Positions 29,932 through 43,650 of a stretch of 64,000 bases of DNA are shown here, piece by piece (positions within the stretch are counted from its first letter, which is position 1; the number at the start of each line of letters is the position of its first letter). This DNA is from Eledone cirrhosa. Taxonomy: Eukaryota. The stretch is taken from contig OZ024746.1 of assembly GCA_964016885.1 (NCBI GenBank), positions 57,722,001 to 57,786,000 on the forward strand, in the 5' to 3' direction. The notes under the pieces were generated by a model. It was given only the letters and a program-made list of their open reading frames with translations. It did no database searches and was not told the DNA's origin. A program made the translations under genes and the position numbers.

Positions 29932-29977
29932 ATATGTATGTATATGTGTGTGAATGTGTAGGCGTGCACACACACAC

Positions 29978-30010
<33 letters not shown>

Positions 30011-30579
30011 TATATTAAAATATAGAGAAAAATACTGCAGGTAGCACATGGATAACATGTAATAAAATAAGTCCCTCATCAGTGATTTGCCGAAGATCAT
30101 AGATATTTCATTGCATTAAAAATCATATATCTCACGTCGGTGCAATAATAACCAAAATAAGTTATTAGGACAATTAAAACGCGTAAAGTGAGTGAGACAG
30201 GAGAACAACAGAGTAAAGCTAACCGGGGGAAAGAAACAAATATATGGGTATATATGTGCGTGTTAGTGTTTAAATATATGTGTGTGTATATATATATATA
30301 TGTTTGTGTAAGTGGTTTTGTTGTGGCTGTGAGTATGTAAATATATTTTATTCTTTCTATCCTACAAAAACACTCTGGCCACCTGTGGCTTGTATGTTAA
30401 CTTGACCACTCACCCCAGTCTGTGCCATGATCGGTCTTGTTAAATGTTTAATTTCTATTACCAACCCACCTAAATTTCCCTACTATATATCTGTTGAATT
30501 ACTATTCTTGGGGTTTTATTTATTTATTTTTATTCATTTATTTTTTATTTATTTTATTTATTTATTCTTTTATCTATTT

Positions 30580-30906
30580 ATTTATTAATTTATTTACTTA
30601 TTTATTTATTTCAAAAAAGCACTCTGGCTAATTGACCACTCCCCCAAGAAAAAACGGCCTGTGCCATGAAGTGGTCCTGTGTACCTAAATACCCCCCCCC
30701 CCCCCCTTCCACCACCCCTCCCTTACCACTACCTAAATGTATAAATACCAGAACTTAATATGACACCCAGCTTCCTGAAGATTTCATCTGAATGAAACAG
30801 TACTAGTCCTGTAGAAGCTCCTTCTATAAAATAAAAAAATGTTCACTCTGCCATATATTGAGTACCTTACTTACTGTGGTTATCTCCGACTCAACCCGGG
30901 ACCTAC

Positions 30907-30908
<2 letters not shown>
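30580..30908 (+). repeat. PLE pseudo-LTR with HHR 30769-30819 and a tail
   Basis: AGCUUC CUGAAGA U UUCA-UC-UGAA U GAAAC AGUACUA GUC ..GAAGCU; tail hairpin cactc..gagta at 30844-30864. Confidence 0.72.
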
Positions 30909-30964
<56 letters not shown>

Positions 30965-31120
30965 ATAATAATTATAAGGGTTGACGGACCTAGTATATTT
31001 ATCAATGCCAGTACCGGTTGTATCTCAGTGCACTCAATGGGCAATGTAACATAGATTACCAGAGTATACACATTGTTATTTGTCTCAACACAGCAGACGT
31101 AAATTGGGTGCCTATAAGGT

Positions 31121-31230
31121 CCCAGACTCGAGTTTCTGCAGCACTAATGCAGCAGTAAGGTGCACTGCACCATCTATCTGCATATATTATGCAACAATGC
31201 ACAATCGGCTGATGCTGCTTCATCAGCGGG
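31121..31230 (-). ncRNA. Type I HHR with a large branched stem II
   Basis: CCCG CUGAUGA A GCAGCAU...GUGCUGC A GAAAC UCGA GUC/UGGG. Confidence 0.8.
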
Positions 31231-31267
31231 TTTCGCCTAATCAATAACCAATCGATCATACATATAT

Positions 31268-31640
31268 ATTAGAATTGGTGCTCTGAAATAGCGATATATA
31301 TATGAATGTATATATATAGTTTATTTTGCATTACACTGTATGCTTAATTAAAATGATTTTGAAGCCTTTACGCTATTGTTTTAAAGTACTAACTATATCA
31401 CTTACTTCTTTTTTCAACAAACAAAGGGAGATAAGCTGACATATCTTTGTTTTATACTGTTGGTATTCCTCAGAGCTTAGCACTCCCCTTGTTTGTTGAA
31501 CATTTTGAATGTTGGATTCCTATAGAATTCCAGTAATAATCAGGAACTGATTATACAGTGCGGATGCCGGTCCAGCAAAAATTGAAAATAAGAATTGGTG
31601 TTCTGAAATACCGATATATATATGAATGTATATATAGTGT
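31268..31640 (-). repeat. Family B ~320-nt terminally redundant unit with a near-canonical HHR (~31433-31478)
   Basis: agaattggtg.tctgaaata.cgatatatatatgaatgta occurs at 31271 and 31591. Reverse strand AAGCU CUGAGGA AUAC-CAACA-GUAU aAAAC..GUC AGCUU lies inside a long stem. Confidence 0.7.
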
Positions 31641-31894
31641 ATTTCAGAGCACCAATGCTTAACGGTTAAGGTCTGATTCCTGGGTATTTATAAAACAAAT
31701 ATTGTATTTTATCTGATTAGATTGTACCAAAGTTTTGGTTCCCATGAAATATATATAATAGATTAAATATGGTTTTATAAATATAGTTTCCATTTATTAT
31801 ATCATTGATATTATACTCCAAACAACTTTCGAGTGCTTCGAATCTGTTATAAATATATTTGTTGAATTACCAACAAATTAAATATCTATTTTCT

Positions 31895-31961
<67 letters not shown>

Positions 31962-32120
31962 AATTAGATAGTTTGTATTCCAATGTTACTAAGTAGTTGC
32001 ATTGGATGGAGTCAACTGACGTCAGAGATTGCTCAACGTATAATAAAGTGTGTTTTAAAATCCGGAGAAAATATGGAGAAAAAATTTACGAAATGGAAAT
32101 GCGGGTATATAGAATTTATT

Positions 32121-32237
32121 AGGTAACAATTGTTTCTATAGTGTATGAGTTACCTATACCTCGCTACTTGAATAATACACAAATATTATCAAAAACCGAA
32201 AGTACACTGTAAGCCAACACACCATGTCATCAGACCT
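32121..32237 (-). ncRNA. Type I HHR with a large stem II
   Basis: AGGU CUGAUGA C AUGGUGUGU...AUACACUAU A GAAAC AAUU GUU/ACCU. Confidence 0.78.
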
Positions 32238-32572
32238 TTGTATTAGAATGATATGAAAAATATTTTATACACTAGATAAAAGATAAAGAAGGAGGTAGGA
32301 AGAGAAGGGGAAGAGGGAAGTGAGTGAGGTGGAGGGAGTCTTAGGGTTTAAGACTGTCAGACTAGTAGAGATTGTGAAGAGAGAATGTTTTGGCAGCAGT
32401 TAGCTTAATGAGGCGTGCTAAGGTTGGCTGGGAAGTAGATTCTTCTAGTGGTGTTGTTCGGACAAAATTTAGTTAGAGGGGTCAAGGTGGTACAATGCCA
32501 CAGACAAGTTATTAGGGCTATTATAGTAGCAGGTTATTTCTGAAGGGGTCCAGAGAAACAGTGTTTAGTACT

Positions 32573-32679
<107 letters not shown>

Positions 32680-32760
32680 CAAAGAAATCCTGACGAATCA
32701 CCAAGTCGCGCCTGTAACTGATATGCTCGGACTAATTTTTGTTAAGGAATGACAGACTAG

Positions 32761-32950
32761 GGCCGTGGATTGGCAGTATCGGTAGAGGGTCGGACGCCAT
32801 GCTTTCCGGCATAGTTACGTCTCTTTACGATCTGAGTTCAAATCCCGCCGGGGTTGACTTTGCCTTTCATCCTTACGGGGTCGATAAAATAAAGTACTAG
32901 TAATGTACTGGATAATTGCTGGCCCTGTGCCAAAAGTAGAAACAATTATC
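32761..32950 (+). mobile_element. tRNA-derived SINE
   Basis: Full-length family copy. Confidence 0.85.
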
Positions 32951-33228
32951 ATTTTATTACGTATTTTCTTTGTAACTGTATATGCTCATTTACATGCTTT
33001 TCCTGCAATACTTTCATATTACCCATTTAACTTTTCGCTGCTTCCTGTAAACTTGAAACCACCGGCAGGCACATCTGAGAGACACAAATGATGATGTTTC
33101 ATACGCGCGTTTCTACGTTTGTTGCGTTAAATGCGTTCAAATTTGGAAATATATTTATGATTGTAAATCTAAAATAATCTATTCCCTTTTGACTTGGGTG
33201 AATATTTCAGTAAATCAATTGCATTTAT

Positions 33229-33321
<93 letters not shown>

Positions 33322-33371
33322 CATATATATATATACATACTTATATATGTGTGTATGTGTGTATGTGTGTT

Positions 33372-33415
<44 letters not shown>

Positions 33416-33656
33416 TATGTGTCCTGAAATATTGTGAATATAAAAATGTTTCCCATTGCAGTTGCTGTACATGTATTTATGGAGATAGTCTTTTGCCTTA
33501 ATAATTGGTTTTTATCCAGTATTCCAGAGAGATTTGTGCCCATTAATATGTATTTCACTGTAAAAGGAAGTTAAAAGCTTTCTGTCTAGAAATTCCTTTA
33601 TCAGTACTTTCCACATTTGTAATATGAATTTTTGCATTAATACTAATGTTTTCGTG

Positions 33657-33738
<82 letters not shown>

Positions 33739-33872
33739 ATATATATATATACACCTATATATATATATGTATTATTTATATTTATATATATATATATATA
33801 AATATATATATATATGTAAATAATACATATATATATACACTTATATATATACATATATATATACACTTATTG

Positions 33873-33912
<40 letters not shown>

Positions 33913-34368
33913 ATTTATGTATGTATCATGGAATATTTCATTGCTTGCTTCCATTTACTTTTCGATAGCAGTTTAAAAAGACTTAAAAGCAAATCGACTT
34001 CACATCTGGTCATACATTGAACCACACAAAATTAGAAATGATGATAACAAATTAAAACAAAATGTAATGAAATAAAATTTGAGAATCAATAGTTATTTTA
34101 GATAATGTTTTCAATAATTCCTTTGATACGAAATTCCATTACTATTATTATTATTATTATTATTGAATCTGAACGGACGTCTTTTTGCTCGCTCACGTAA
34201 GTTCACTTATTTACCTATCAAAACTGATTTATTGAATTGTTGTTGTTGTGTAAAGCATACAAGCCCTTGGACTTTGCCCTGTGAAGGGAAAAGAATAATA
34301 TTTGGGCCTTTTGGGCCAAATATTTGAACTTATTTTTACATTTGAAAAAATTATCGAGAAAAAAAAAC

Positions 34369-36353
34369 ATGGCTGAGCCACGCCCCCCAGCGATATGTCT
34401 GCTGTCGTGCGACAACGACGTACAAGTTGAGAGGAGCACTACAGCGAAATCAACACAAATTGATAACACAAACACCACCACAAACAATGTAAACAAAGAC
34501 ACCAATGATAACAACTCTGAGAACTCTAATTTTGAAAATAATGACAATAACAGCGTCAACGAAAATACAGATAACAAAAAAAAATGACAAATGCAACAAC
34601 AATATCAACAACACTAACATGAAAACAAATGGCGACAACACCAACAGCAACAATACCAATTTCACCGAGAACAACGGTGGCAACAAAGACAACAATGATA
34701 ACAGTGACAGTGATAACAACAACACCAACAAGAACAACGACAACGACAACAACACCCCCCAACTAAAAGAAGAACACTTTCGCTGCGGTAGCAGCAAAAA
34801 AAGGCCATGCTTCAACATGGACCTCTCAAACAAAGATGAAATGTTGGCCCAGGCATGGAAGCTCAAAAAGCAAGAGCAAACCTGGGCCAACTTAACTGTC
34901 CCGGTAGAAGCTATTGAGGCAGTGGAGCGCAGAACGGTGCATTATAGATGCATCTCAGCACAAACCAAAAGGGCAGTTTTAATCCCACAAGCAGATGTCG
35001 AAGTCGCGTTGAGGTGCATCAGTGAAGACATCGAATACATAGCGAGGGGCAGACTGTGCGGCACCATTTCGGTGCTGTTCAACTCAGAAGCCCTCGCTAT
35101 GAAACACGGTATGACTCCTTGCAAAACCAGCAAGGTCATAATGTACCCCTCCCACATGGAAAAAAGAACGGTCCGTCTCCGGATTCCCAGAATCCCACCA
35201 GGACTTGACATGTGGTGGCGTCTGGGATGTGTGATTGTGGAGGGGACGGATACCGTCCCGATAGAAGTGACCAGAATGGCCAGAGAGGACTGGTCCGGGG
35301 TTGACCTGGAGATCCTTCTCCAGATCAGGCCCGAGAATGTGAAGACAATCCCGGACGACATCCGCCTTCAGAAAGGGAGGGTCATTCATATTATGACCGA
35401 AGCCAGATGGCCGCATTGTTTTTGTTTGTGGGGAAAAAACCCATTTGAGGGCCTCCTACCCTAAACTTCTGAAAGATAAAAGGGGTCGAAAGACTCCACT
35501 GCTGACGACGCCGGGGCGAGGACTTCAACCAACACCAGCAACGGCAAAACCACCAACAACAACACCAATAGAAAGACCACCATCAACATTGACCACCGAG
35601 GGTGGAAACGAGGAAACCTGTCAAATTCCCCCTACCCCCAAAATACACACACCAATAAAACCATAAACACACACACACAGACACACTTACAGACACAGAC
35701 CCCTCATCTACCAGTAGTGAAGATGAGGGAAAACCAAAACCGCCAAAATACAAAAAAGGAAACAAAAAGAAAAAAAAATCTCAACAAAGCACAAAATCAC
35801 CCACAATAAAAAACGCAGACACCACCTACGCAAACATCTCTCCAATAACACCAACATCAACACCACCATCACCAGAATCCCCCAAACGCAAACAAACTAA
35901 ACAGACGCAAACATCTGAAACCAACATCTGAATCAAACATCTGAAATCACAGACACCGCACTCACAACAAACACACACACAGCCGAAACAACTCCACCAA
36001 AACCATCACCACCACCGCCACGCAAACAAATAAAATCACACCAACAAAACATACAAAATGTCGTGCTCGTCAGGTGGGCCAACAAGGAAATGATGGCCCT
36101 CGTAGAACGAAGTGAAAATATACAAAAAGAGGGGGACATTTTTAAATCGAGCACATTTCGCGTGCCGGAAGATTTGTTTCTGGTGCGAATATCGATCGAT
36201 TTATACAAAGAAATACGAGACAGCTTTCCTCGGGACGTGGGAACCACGAACGTAAAACCCACTTCAAGACTTTTAAAGGGGTTCCCAAAAGAAAGCCCAC
36301 CAACTATGGAGGTCGAACCACCCGACCTTCACAAGAGCCCGGAAGCTAAGTAA
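34369..36353 (+). pseudogene. L1/Tx1 ORF1 (Asn-rich N-terminus, zinc-knuckle remnant, Thr/Pro-rich tail), frameshifted
   Basis: MAEPRPP start; CF(V)CGEKTH knuckle across a frameshift at ~35420. Confidence 0.65.
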
Positions 36354-36385
36354 ACCTTTCCTCTCTCTCGTTTTAACCTGCCAAC

Positions 36386-39300
36386 ATGGCCGTATTAAGA
36401 GTAGGAAGTTTAAATGTTCGAGGCCAAGATCGTCCTGGAAGCAGGGTCACGTGCTCAACGACCTCAGGTCTATAGAAATGGATGTAATTGCTGTCAGCGA
36501 GACCAGGATTTCCGACGCGCGCACTAGCCCCCGTTTCAACGACTATCAAATCTTTGCATATGTTAGCCGACCGGGAATGGGATGCGGGATGGCAGTGCTG
36601 TTTAGGAAAGGCCTGGATATCGAGGTAAGGTCGATCTTCCGGGACCCGGACGGGAAGTTGGTGGTCCTGGACGTGAACAATAACGAAGATGGTGCCTTTA
36701 GACTGGTGGCCGTCTATGCTACTACTGGGGCAGGACGGCCGGACTTCTTTAGACGCCTGGAAGCTTTTCTGGGTACGTCTCGCCCTTTACTGTTAGCAGG
36801 GGACTGGAACGGCATCTTAGACGCACGCTGGGACTGTGTGGGAGTATCAGATAGGAGCAGGGGGGTGCAAAAGCCTCAAGAACCTGATCAGCCACGTTCC
36901 AACTGTCTGACAGGTACCGACTAGATTTCCCTAATGCGCCAGTGTGGACCTGGACTAACCGTACTAACCTGGACTAACCTGGACTAACCGTATAGGGTCA
37001 TCTAGATCGTATATAGACGGGATATTTATTAGGAAAATAGACTGAAATAGTGTAAGCTGTCCACGTTTTGAAACGGTCGCCTATTCAGATCACAAGTTTG
37101 TGATCTGTATGGTCGACCTAGATAAGACGCGTAGGTTAGGACCTGGTTACTGGAAGCTAAACATGTCATTTCCCGCACGTAACGCTTACAGGGGCCAGGT
37201 CAACAATTTAGTTAAGAAAAGTTGACAGGGAGAGTCGTCAACAATAGACGGTGGGGGCTCTCAAAGAGAGATTAGAGTAATGTCGATAGAGTTTAGCAAA
37301 GAAGTAGCGTTAGAGAAAAATAGATAAGATAGACGAGGCTATTGGTAGTGGCAGTGTAACTTACGTGCTAGCGGCAAGAATGGCATTAGACCATTTCTTC
37401 AATGCGAAACACGAAGGTCGCATTGTCAGAGCTAAGGCTGCTGCTCTGAGAAACGAGGGAACCAAAGCTGTTCAATGGGCCCGTGTGGCAGAGGCGCAGC
37501 GTGGTAATACAACCACGATTCGGTCTTTGACGGACCGAGACGGACACGAGCTGAGCGATTCGAAGCGGATGTGTGAGGCCTCTCGCCAACATTTTGCTCG
37601 GTTGTTTGGGGAAGTGGCGGGTCAGAGATGGTGGCGGACTTCAGTCCCTACCTCGATGGCTTGTCGCAACTCTCGACGGCTGACGCTGGGTGCTACGAAA
37701 AGCCAATTACTTCAGCCGAGATTCAGGACGCCCTTGTCGGCTGCATGAGGCGCAAGTCACCCGGTTTGGATGGTCTGCCCTACGAGCTTTGCGTAAATAT
37801 GCCAGACTTGTTCTCCAATCTCCTCTAAGCCCTCTACTGCAACTGGCAGCAAAACGGGAGTATTCCCAGTTCTGTGAGCCGGGGCGTGGTGACGGTGATA
37901 AAGAAAGACGAGAACAAGAGGGACACGTTATCATTTTCAGGCCAATAACTCTGCTCAACACAGAGTTTAAGATTTTGGCCAGGGGGTTAGCGAAGAGGTT
38001 GGCGCTTGTCGTCGGGGATTTGGTTGGGGAGGCGCAAACTTGCGCAATCCCAACCAGGTCCATACACGACAACCTCCACCTAATGCGATACATCATAGAG
38101 AGGGTAGGGTGTAAACCTGGCTTCGGTGGGGCTCTAATCAATTTAGATCAATCGAAAGCATTCGATAGGGTCGACCATCGGTACCTGGAGGCTGTCCTCA
38201 AGGCGGCTGGCTTCGGCCCCGTCTTCAGAAGCTGGATCGCTACAATGCACAGCGGCACCTGCTCGATGGTCAAAATTAATGGCCACCTCTCGGAACCGTT
38301 TCAGGTCTCCCGATCGGTCCGTCAAGGGTGCCCTCTCTCCTCCCCTCTGTACGTATTGACTCTCCAGCCTTTACTGCGAAAGCTGGAGCTGTTGCAGGGA
38401 AACCCGCTCGAACCGAGACGCGGAAAGGCTGTGTCAGCTTATGTGGACGACATCACCATGATGGTGTTGGACACCTCAGAAATCGAGGTGGTCGGTAACT
38501 TATTGGAGGAATATGAAAGATTGACGGGAGCAAAACTTAACCCGGAAAAGTCGGCAGGGCTTGCAACTCGGCACCTGGAGAGGCAAGTCCAAGCCGTCCA
38601 ATAGCGTCGTTAGGCGCTGGACGGAGGGACCGGTAAATTTGCTCGGAGTTTGGTTCGGGCCAGACCTCCAGCTGGATAAGCATTGGGATGAGGTGACGGG
38701 CAGGGTACCCAATCTCACCCAGAAATAGGCTGGGATGAAGCTATCACTGAAAGGTCAGGCGGAGGTGGCGAACGCGTACATCGCGTCCGTCATCTACTAC
38801 CGGCTGACCGTCGTCCCTTGCCCCCGTTCGCGCCTCGCCATCTTGGAGCGGCTCCTCTTCAAATCTTGTGGAGGGGTCAGGTTCCGCTGGTGAGGCCGTC
38901 CATCTGCTGCCAGCACCCTCTACGTGGAGGGCTGGGCATGCCGTGGCTAATGATGCGCAGACACGCGCTGGGGCTGCGGCATCTCCAGATATTCTGCCTA
39001 AACGGTGAACAGGTATGGTCGCCGTCTGTCAGACGGGCTTTTCCGCAGCTCGTTTCTTTGACTGAGCTGCAGTCCTCGGTCAAGTAGAGACGAGACTGGG
39101 TGACTGGCATCTGGAATGTTGCCAGCCACTCACTGCCCTCTACCAGGCGCGCAATGCGGTTAGTGGAACTTCCACTCTCGAGTTCTATAGCGGTTTAGTG
39201 GTGGGAAGTGCGACGACGCACTCGGAGAGGCTCTGGGAGTCGACGAAGTCGAACAAACCAGTCTGTACCGGAGGATTTCGAGCCGGGGACGAAGGATAAT

Positions 39301-39790
39301 TTCCAAAAATCCCTCGCTTGGCAGTGCTACGGGGGGCACTGCCGCTTCGAGATAAACTCTACAGGCACGGAAGTGCTGTCAGACGGACCTGCCTGAGATG
39401 CGCGCAGAGCGACGAAACCATTCTGCACGCACTCGTCCAGTGTCCGTGCATTACTGACTTGTGGAATTATGTTGAACAGCTGTTGTCACGTGTAGAACGG
39501 ATCCAGCTGTCGGCCGAGTCCATAGCGAAGATCGACCCGCCGCCTTCTTTTGGTCAGGAATGGCAGGCCATTTTCCTCTGCCTGGTGGCAGTAGCGAAAG
39601 AGGTTGTATGGTGGACGAGGTTGAAAGGAATGAAGACAGACACTTTTCTCTTCGCCCAATCCCTCATCAACTTTTTCAAGTTTCACTTGGAAAGGAAGGT
39701 AAGGGTGGATAGAGAAGTGCTGCCGCTCAGTACATTTGCTTAATGGTGGGTGAATGTTGTGTGAGTGGGCCTACTCTGGTCATGCGGCTG
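36386..39790 (+). pseudogene. L1/Tx1 ORF2 (APE endonuclease, RT, CCHC) with multiple stops and frameshifts
   Basis: MAVLRVGSLNVRG, AVSET, LAGDWN, SDH, PGYWKLN, KSPGLDGLPYE, FRPITLLNTEFKIL, LDQSKAFDRVDH, VRQGCPLS, YVDD, GGLG, CLRC..ETILHALVQC. Confidence 0.9.
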
Positions 39791-40156
39791 AAGGTAGGTA
39801 AATTTGAGGAGGAGAGGTGTGCCCTTCCAGGGTGCTCTCGAAGCGACGGGTCGGTCAGGATTGGTGGGGTACCTGAGCGAACCCTGGGTGGTCATCCCCT
39901 CTATTGGGGAATTTTTTTCTTGTTGTAATTTTCTTGTTACTTTGTTATTGTTATTCATATTGTTTACTCGATTTTTCTGTAAAACCCCACTGTCCCAGTC
40001 TTTTGTATTGTCCCCTACATATCGGCCCTTGTGGCCAATAAATGAAATCGCTATTATTATCATTACTACTACTACTACTACTACTACTACAACTACAACT
40101 ACTACTTCTACTACTACTACTACTACTAACTTTGGTTACATTCTTACTGACATTAA

Positions 40157-40285
40157 TGCTTTCTAGCATAGTTACGTCCCTTTACGATCTGAGTTCAAAT
40201 CCCGCCGAGGTTGACTTTGCCTTTCATCCTTACGGGGTCGATAAAATAAAGTACCAGTAATGCACTGGTTTTTGCTTGCCTTGTG
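40157..40285 (+). mobile_element. SINE, 5'-truncated
   Basis: Family body and 3' end. Confidence 0.8.
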
Positions 40286-40589
40286 CCTAAAGTAGAAACA
40301 ATTAATCATTTTAAATCTTTTTTTATTGATATTGTTTTTGACTATCACCAGCTTTATTTTTCTTATTGCTACCATTGGAATTTTCGTAATATTATTCTCA
40401 TTATAATATTATGACTATTAATACAGTTGTTTTTGTCATTGCTGCTGCCGGATGCTAATACCCTTACTGTTGTTATCGCTGTCATGTAATCCGAAAAGCG
40501 AAAACAGTTTTGATGATTTGCAATTTACGACCACTGCAAAAGCAAAACTATGAAAGGAATATAAGATAGAAAGACATATTTTACTAACG

Positions 40590-40623
<34 letters not shown>

Positions 40624-41621
40624 TCTTCTGTGTGTGTCTGTTTGTGTCTATATGTGTGTCTGTGCGAGTGTACGTGTATTTAAAGGCGTGTATGCGAGTG
40701 TATGTATCGAGCGTGCAGTATTCTTTAAACAAAAATAATACCGTATAAATAATATATTTTCTCAGAAATTTCGTATGGATACTATATTTCCCCAGAAATT
40801 TTCGAACGTATCGTCGTATGTCAGCAACATAAATATTGATATTTTGTGTATACTTTAAAATATGTAGAGCATATATTTCGTGTGCAATTAAATTTGAAAC
40901 ATTAATGTCAACCTCAGTTTTTTTTATCGATTTTTATTTCAAAATGTTCCGTTGGATCACGCCTGTCGAAAGAAATAGCAAAGTAAAATAAACGATTGGC
41001 AATTTGTTTCACGGTTTTTTCCCCACTGAATGCCAAATGCAAGGCATGTCATTGAAGATTGGATTTTCAAAATACACAAACCCGGATCAGATACACCAAC
41101 GTATTTCAGTTTATCGCTGATTTATTTATCCATTCTGAATATAATTAACTGAATATTGTAATCAAAGGGATTCTACGTCTGAAATTATCGTAGGTCTTTA
41201 TCTAACGCTGCCCATCCCTCACCTATTTTGAAACAGATGTTGACGTAAAATTCTTGTCGGGAGGTGGAAATATTTTGGGATGTCCGGGTGCTTCCTCTTT
41301 GCACCGACCACCTCGATCTCCTCCGCAAGATCGGAACGTCAACAGCCCGACTGAGGAAGGAGCCCCACGATGTGTGGTGGCTGTTGCAGTAGGTGTCGCT
41401 GGCCCTTGTCCAAAGAAATGCTTTAGTGGTCTTGTGCGCTGGGCGCAGCCGCAACACCTCAGTGCCTTAGTTCCAGAGCAAGCCCCCCCCCCCCCCCCCT
41501 GGCTTACCTCTCCCATTCTTCTGTGACCCCAGATTCCTTGCCCTTCCTTTATTTCCCGTTTTTAGATACCTGTAGTGTTGTTGTTATTTGAAATAGATTT
41601 ATTTCTAAAATATTTTAACTA

Positions 41622-41808
41622 ATAATTGTTTCTACTTTAGGCACAAGGCCAGCAATTACCCAGTGCATTACTGGTACTTTATTTTATCGACCCCGTAAGG
41701 ATGAAAGGCAAAGTCAACCTCGGCGGGATTTGAACTCAGATCGTAAAGGGACGTAACTATGCTGGAAAGCATGGCGTCCGACCCTCTACCGATACTGCTA
41801 ATCCACCG
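41622..41808 (-). mobile_element. tRNA-derived SINE with a probable target-site duplication
   Basis: Full copy; atattttaactaataat flanks both ends (~41610 and ~41810). Confidence 0.85.
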
Positions 41809-43244
41809 CATATTTTAACTAATAATAGTTAGAGTTAAGTTTCGAATTTGAAAGTATTTTGAATCTATCTGGATTTCTTTAAGTAAATTCTATCAATAAA
41901 TTGTTATTCATTCAGATTAAACACTATCAGAACAACATAAATGAAGTTTCTTTAGTCTCTTGTACTAATAATAGTCTTCGAAAGTATATATCGTCGTGAA
42001 TAAGTCGTTTGGGAGAAACTTTGTATTTTTGTGGCAGCATTTAAGAGACGGTATAGTATTATATATTTCAATGGAAGTATGATCAGTTTAAGTGAGATAA
42101 TATAGTTTCAAACGTTTAACTATATTTTTAATAAGATTACATTTTCAAGCATTTACCAACAAATGATATGACATTAAGATTCTTAAAACAAATATCTAAT
42201 TTTGTTTTTGCTACTTCTCTTCTTCCATTAGACGTTCTTAGTGCAGTATTGTTTATAATTGGCGCCCGCTTTTCTTCCTAGAATGGAAACTTAAAGAGAA
42301 TTAAAATAGAGACATTGCACTTATTAATCTCACTAGTTTCAGAAATAGTGCGATGTTACGACAAACTACTCATTAAATATATTAAATATATATATTAGAT
42401 AAATTTATTGGTTTTTTTTCGTGATGGTTAGTAGATTATCTATGGAATTGTGATAGTTTATTTGCTCTATTTTCAACCTTTGTCGACAATCACAAAAACG
42501 CGTGTGAAGCCAATAATTACAATATCACAAGAGATCCAGTGCTATGCTGGACAATCAGGTTGATACAGAGCTTAGGATCTATATATGACGGATGTAGCCA
42601 AAGCATTAGTGAGTATTTCTTATAAATCTGGAAATTAGTTATCTGTATAGTTCGAATCATGGATCATAAGTTTGTGTTAAGTGTCATTGTTATTATATTC
42701 CCTGAGCACGTTTTTCCATCGGCTGAATCACTGGTTGTGTGACTTGCTAACAACAAGTGTAACGTGAGAATGTATTCATACAGTCGTTGCTGTTATTCTT
42801 AATCGATGCTCATCCAAATTTCCAATCAATCATTTTACACCGGTGACTGCATCATCCAGCGTGTCCTCCTATATGGCAGAATGTAATTTGAGAAAAGTGT
42901 CCCTGCTAGTTCTAGCGGTGTGAGCGGCAGCATAGTGCTTCGGTTGCTGTTTATGGATGTGTGGCACACTAACACAAAACTTTCCAGAACTTTACAAATT
43001 GCGTACGAAATGATACCTCTTGATTTCGAAATTCGTATCCAAGTTTTCTGCAAATTTTCGACCATTCCAGCTGCCATGATTGTTACGTCTCTACCGGAAT
43101 TTAATTTCCTGTTATTCACCTTCATTAATTTATTTCCATTAAATACATTAATTACACTGTTACGTTTTATGCTAAATAATTAATATTTTAAAATTAATTT
43201 TATAATTCTGTTGAGCAATTTCAACCATGGGTATCGGTATGTGG

Positions 43245-43432
43245 GGTCGATTGGTAGTATCGGTAGAGGGTCGGACGCCATGCTTTCCAGCATAGTTACG
43301 CCCCTTTACGATCTGAGTTCAAATCCCGCCGAGGTTCACTTTGCCTTTCATCCTTACGGGGTCGATAAAATAAAGTACCAGTAATGCACTGGGTAATTGC
43401 TGTCCTTGTGCCTAAAATAGAAACAATTATTA
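43245..43432 (+). mobile_element. tRNA-derived SINE
   Basis: Full family copy. Confidence 0.85.
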
Positions 43433-43518
43433 AGGCAATATATTCAAGTTGTCCTAATGCCCATTTACAAATATCTATAATGTTTTATTTCAAATGTACC
43501 CGTCGTTTTGTTTAATCC

Positions 43519-43650
43519 GGCGGTGGATTGGCAGTATCGGTAATGGGTTGGACGCCATGCTTTCCAGCATAGTTACGTCCCTTTACGATCTGAGTTCAAA
43601 TCCCGCCGAGGTTGACTTTGCCTTTCATCCTTACGGGGTCGATAAAATAG
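43519..43650 (+). mobile_element. SINE, 3'-truncated
   Basis: Head and body up to gtcgataaaata. Confidence 0.8.

Larger units (their letters stand above)
34165..40052 (+). mobile_element. Full-length but disrupted L1/Tx1-clade LINE
   Basis: 5' UTR, ORF1, ORF2 and a 3' UTR with aataaa at ~40037; (ATT)n on the left and tattattat/(ACT)n on the right. Confidence 0.88.

Noticed and set aside
32761-32850. tRNA gene
   Set aside because: A/B boxes are present but there is no full cloverleaf; it is the head of a multi-copy SINE.
42600-43183. Possible host exon or transposase remnant
   Set aside because: The short ORFs show no recognisable motif and no convincing splice-site pair.
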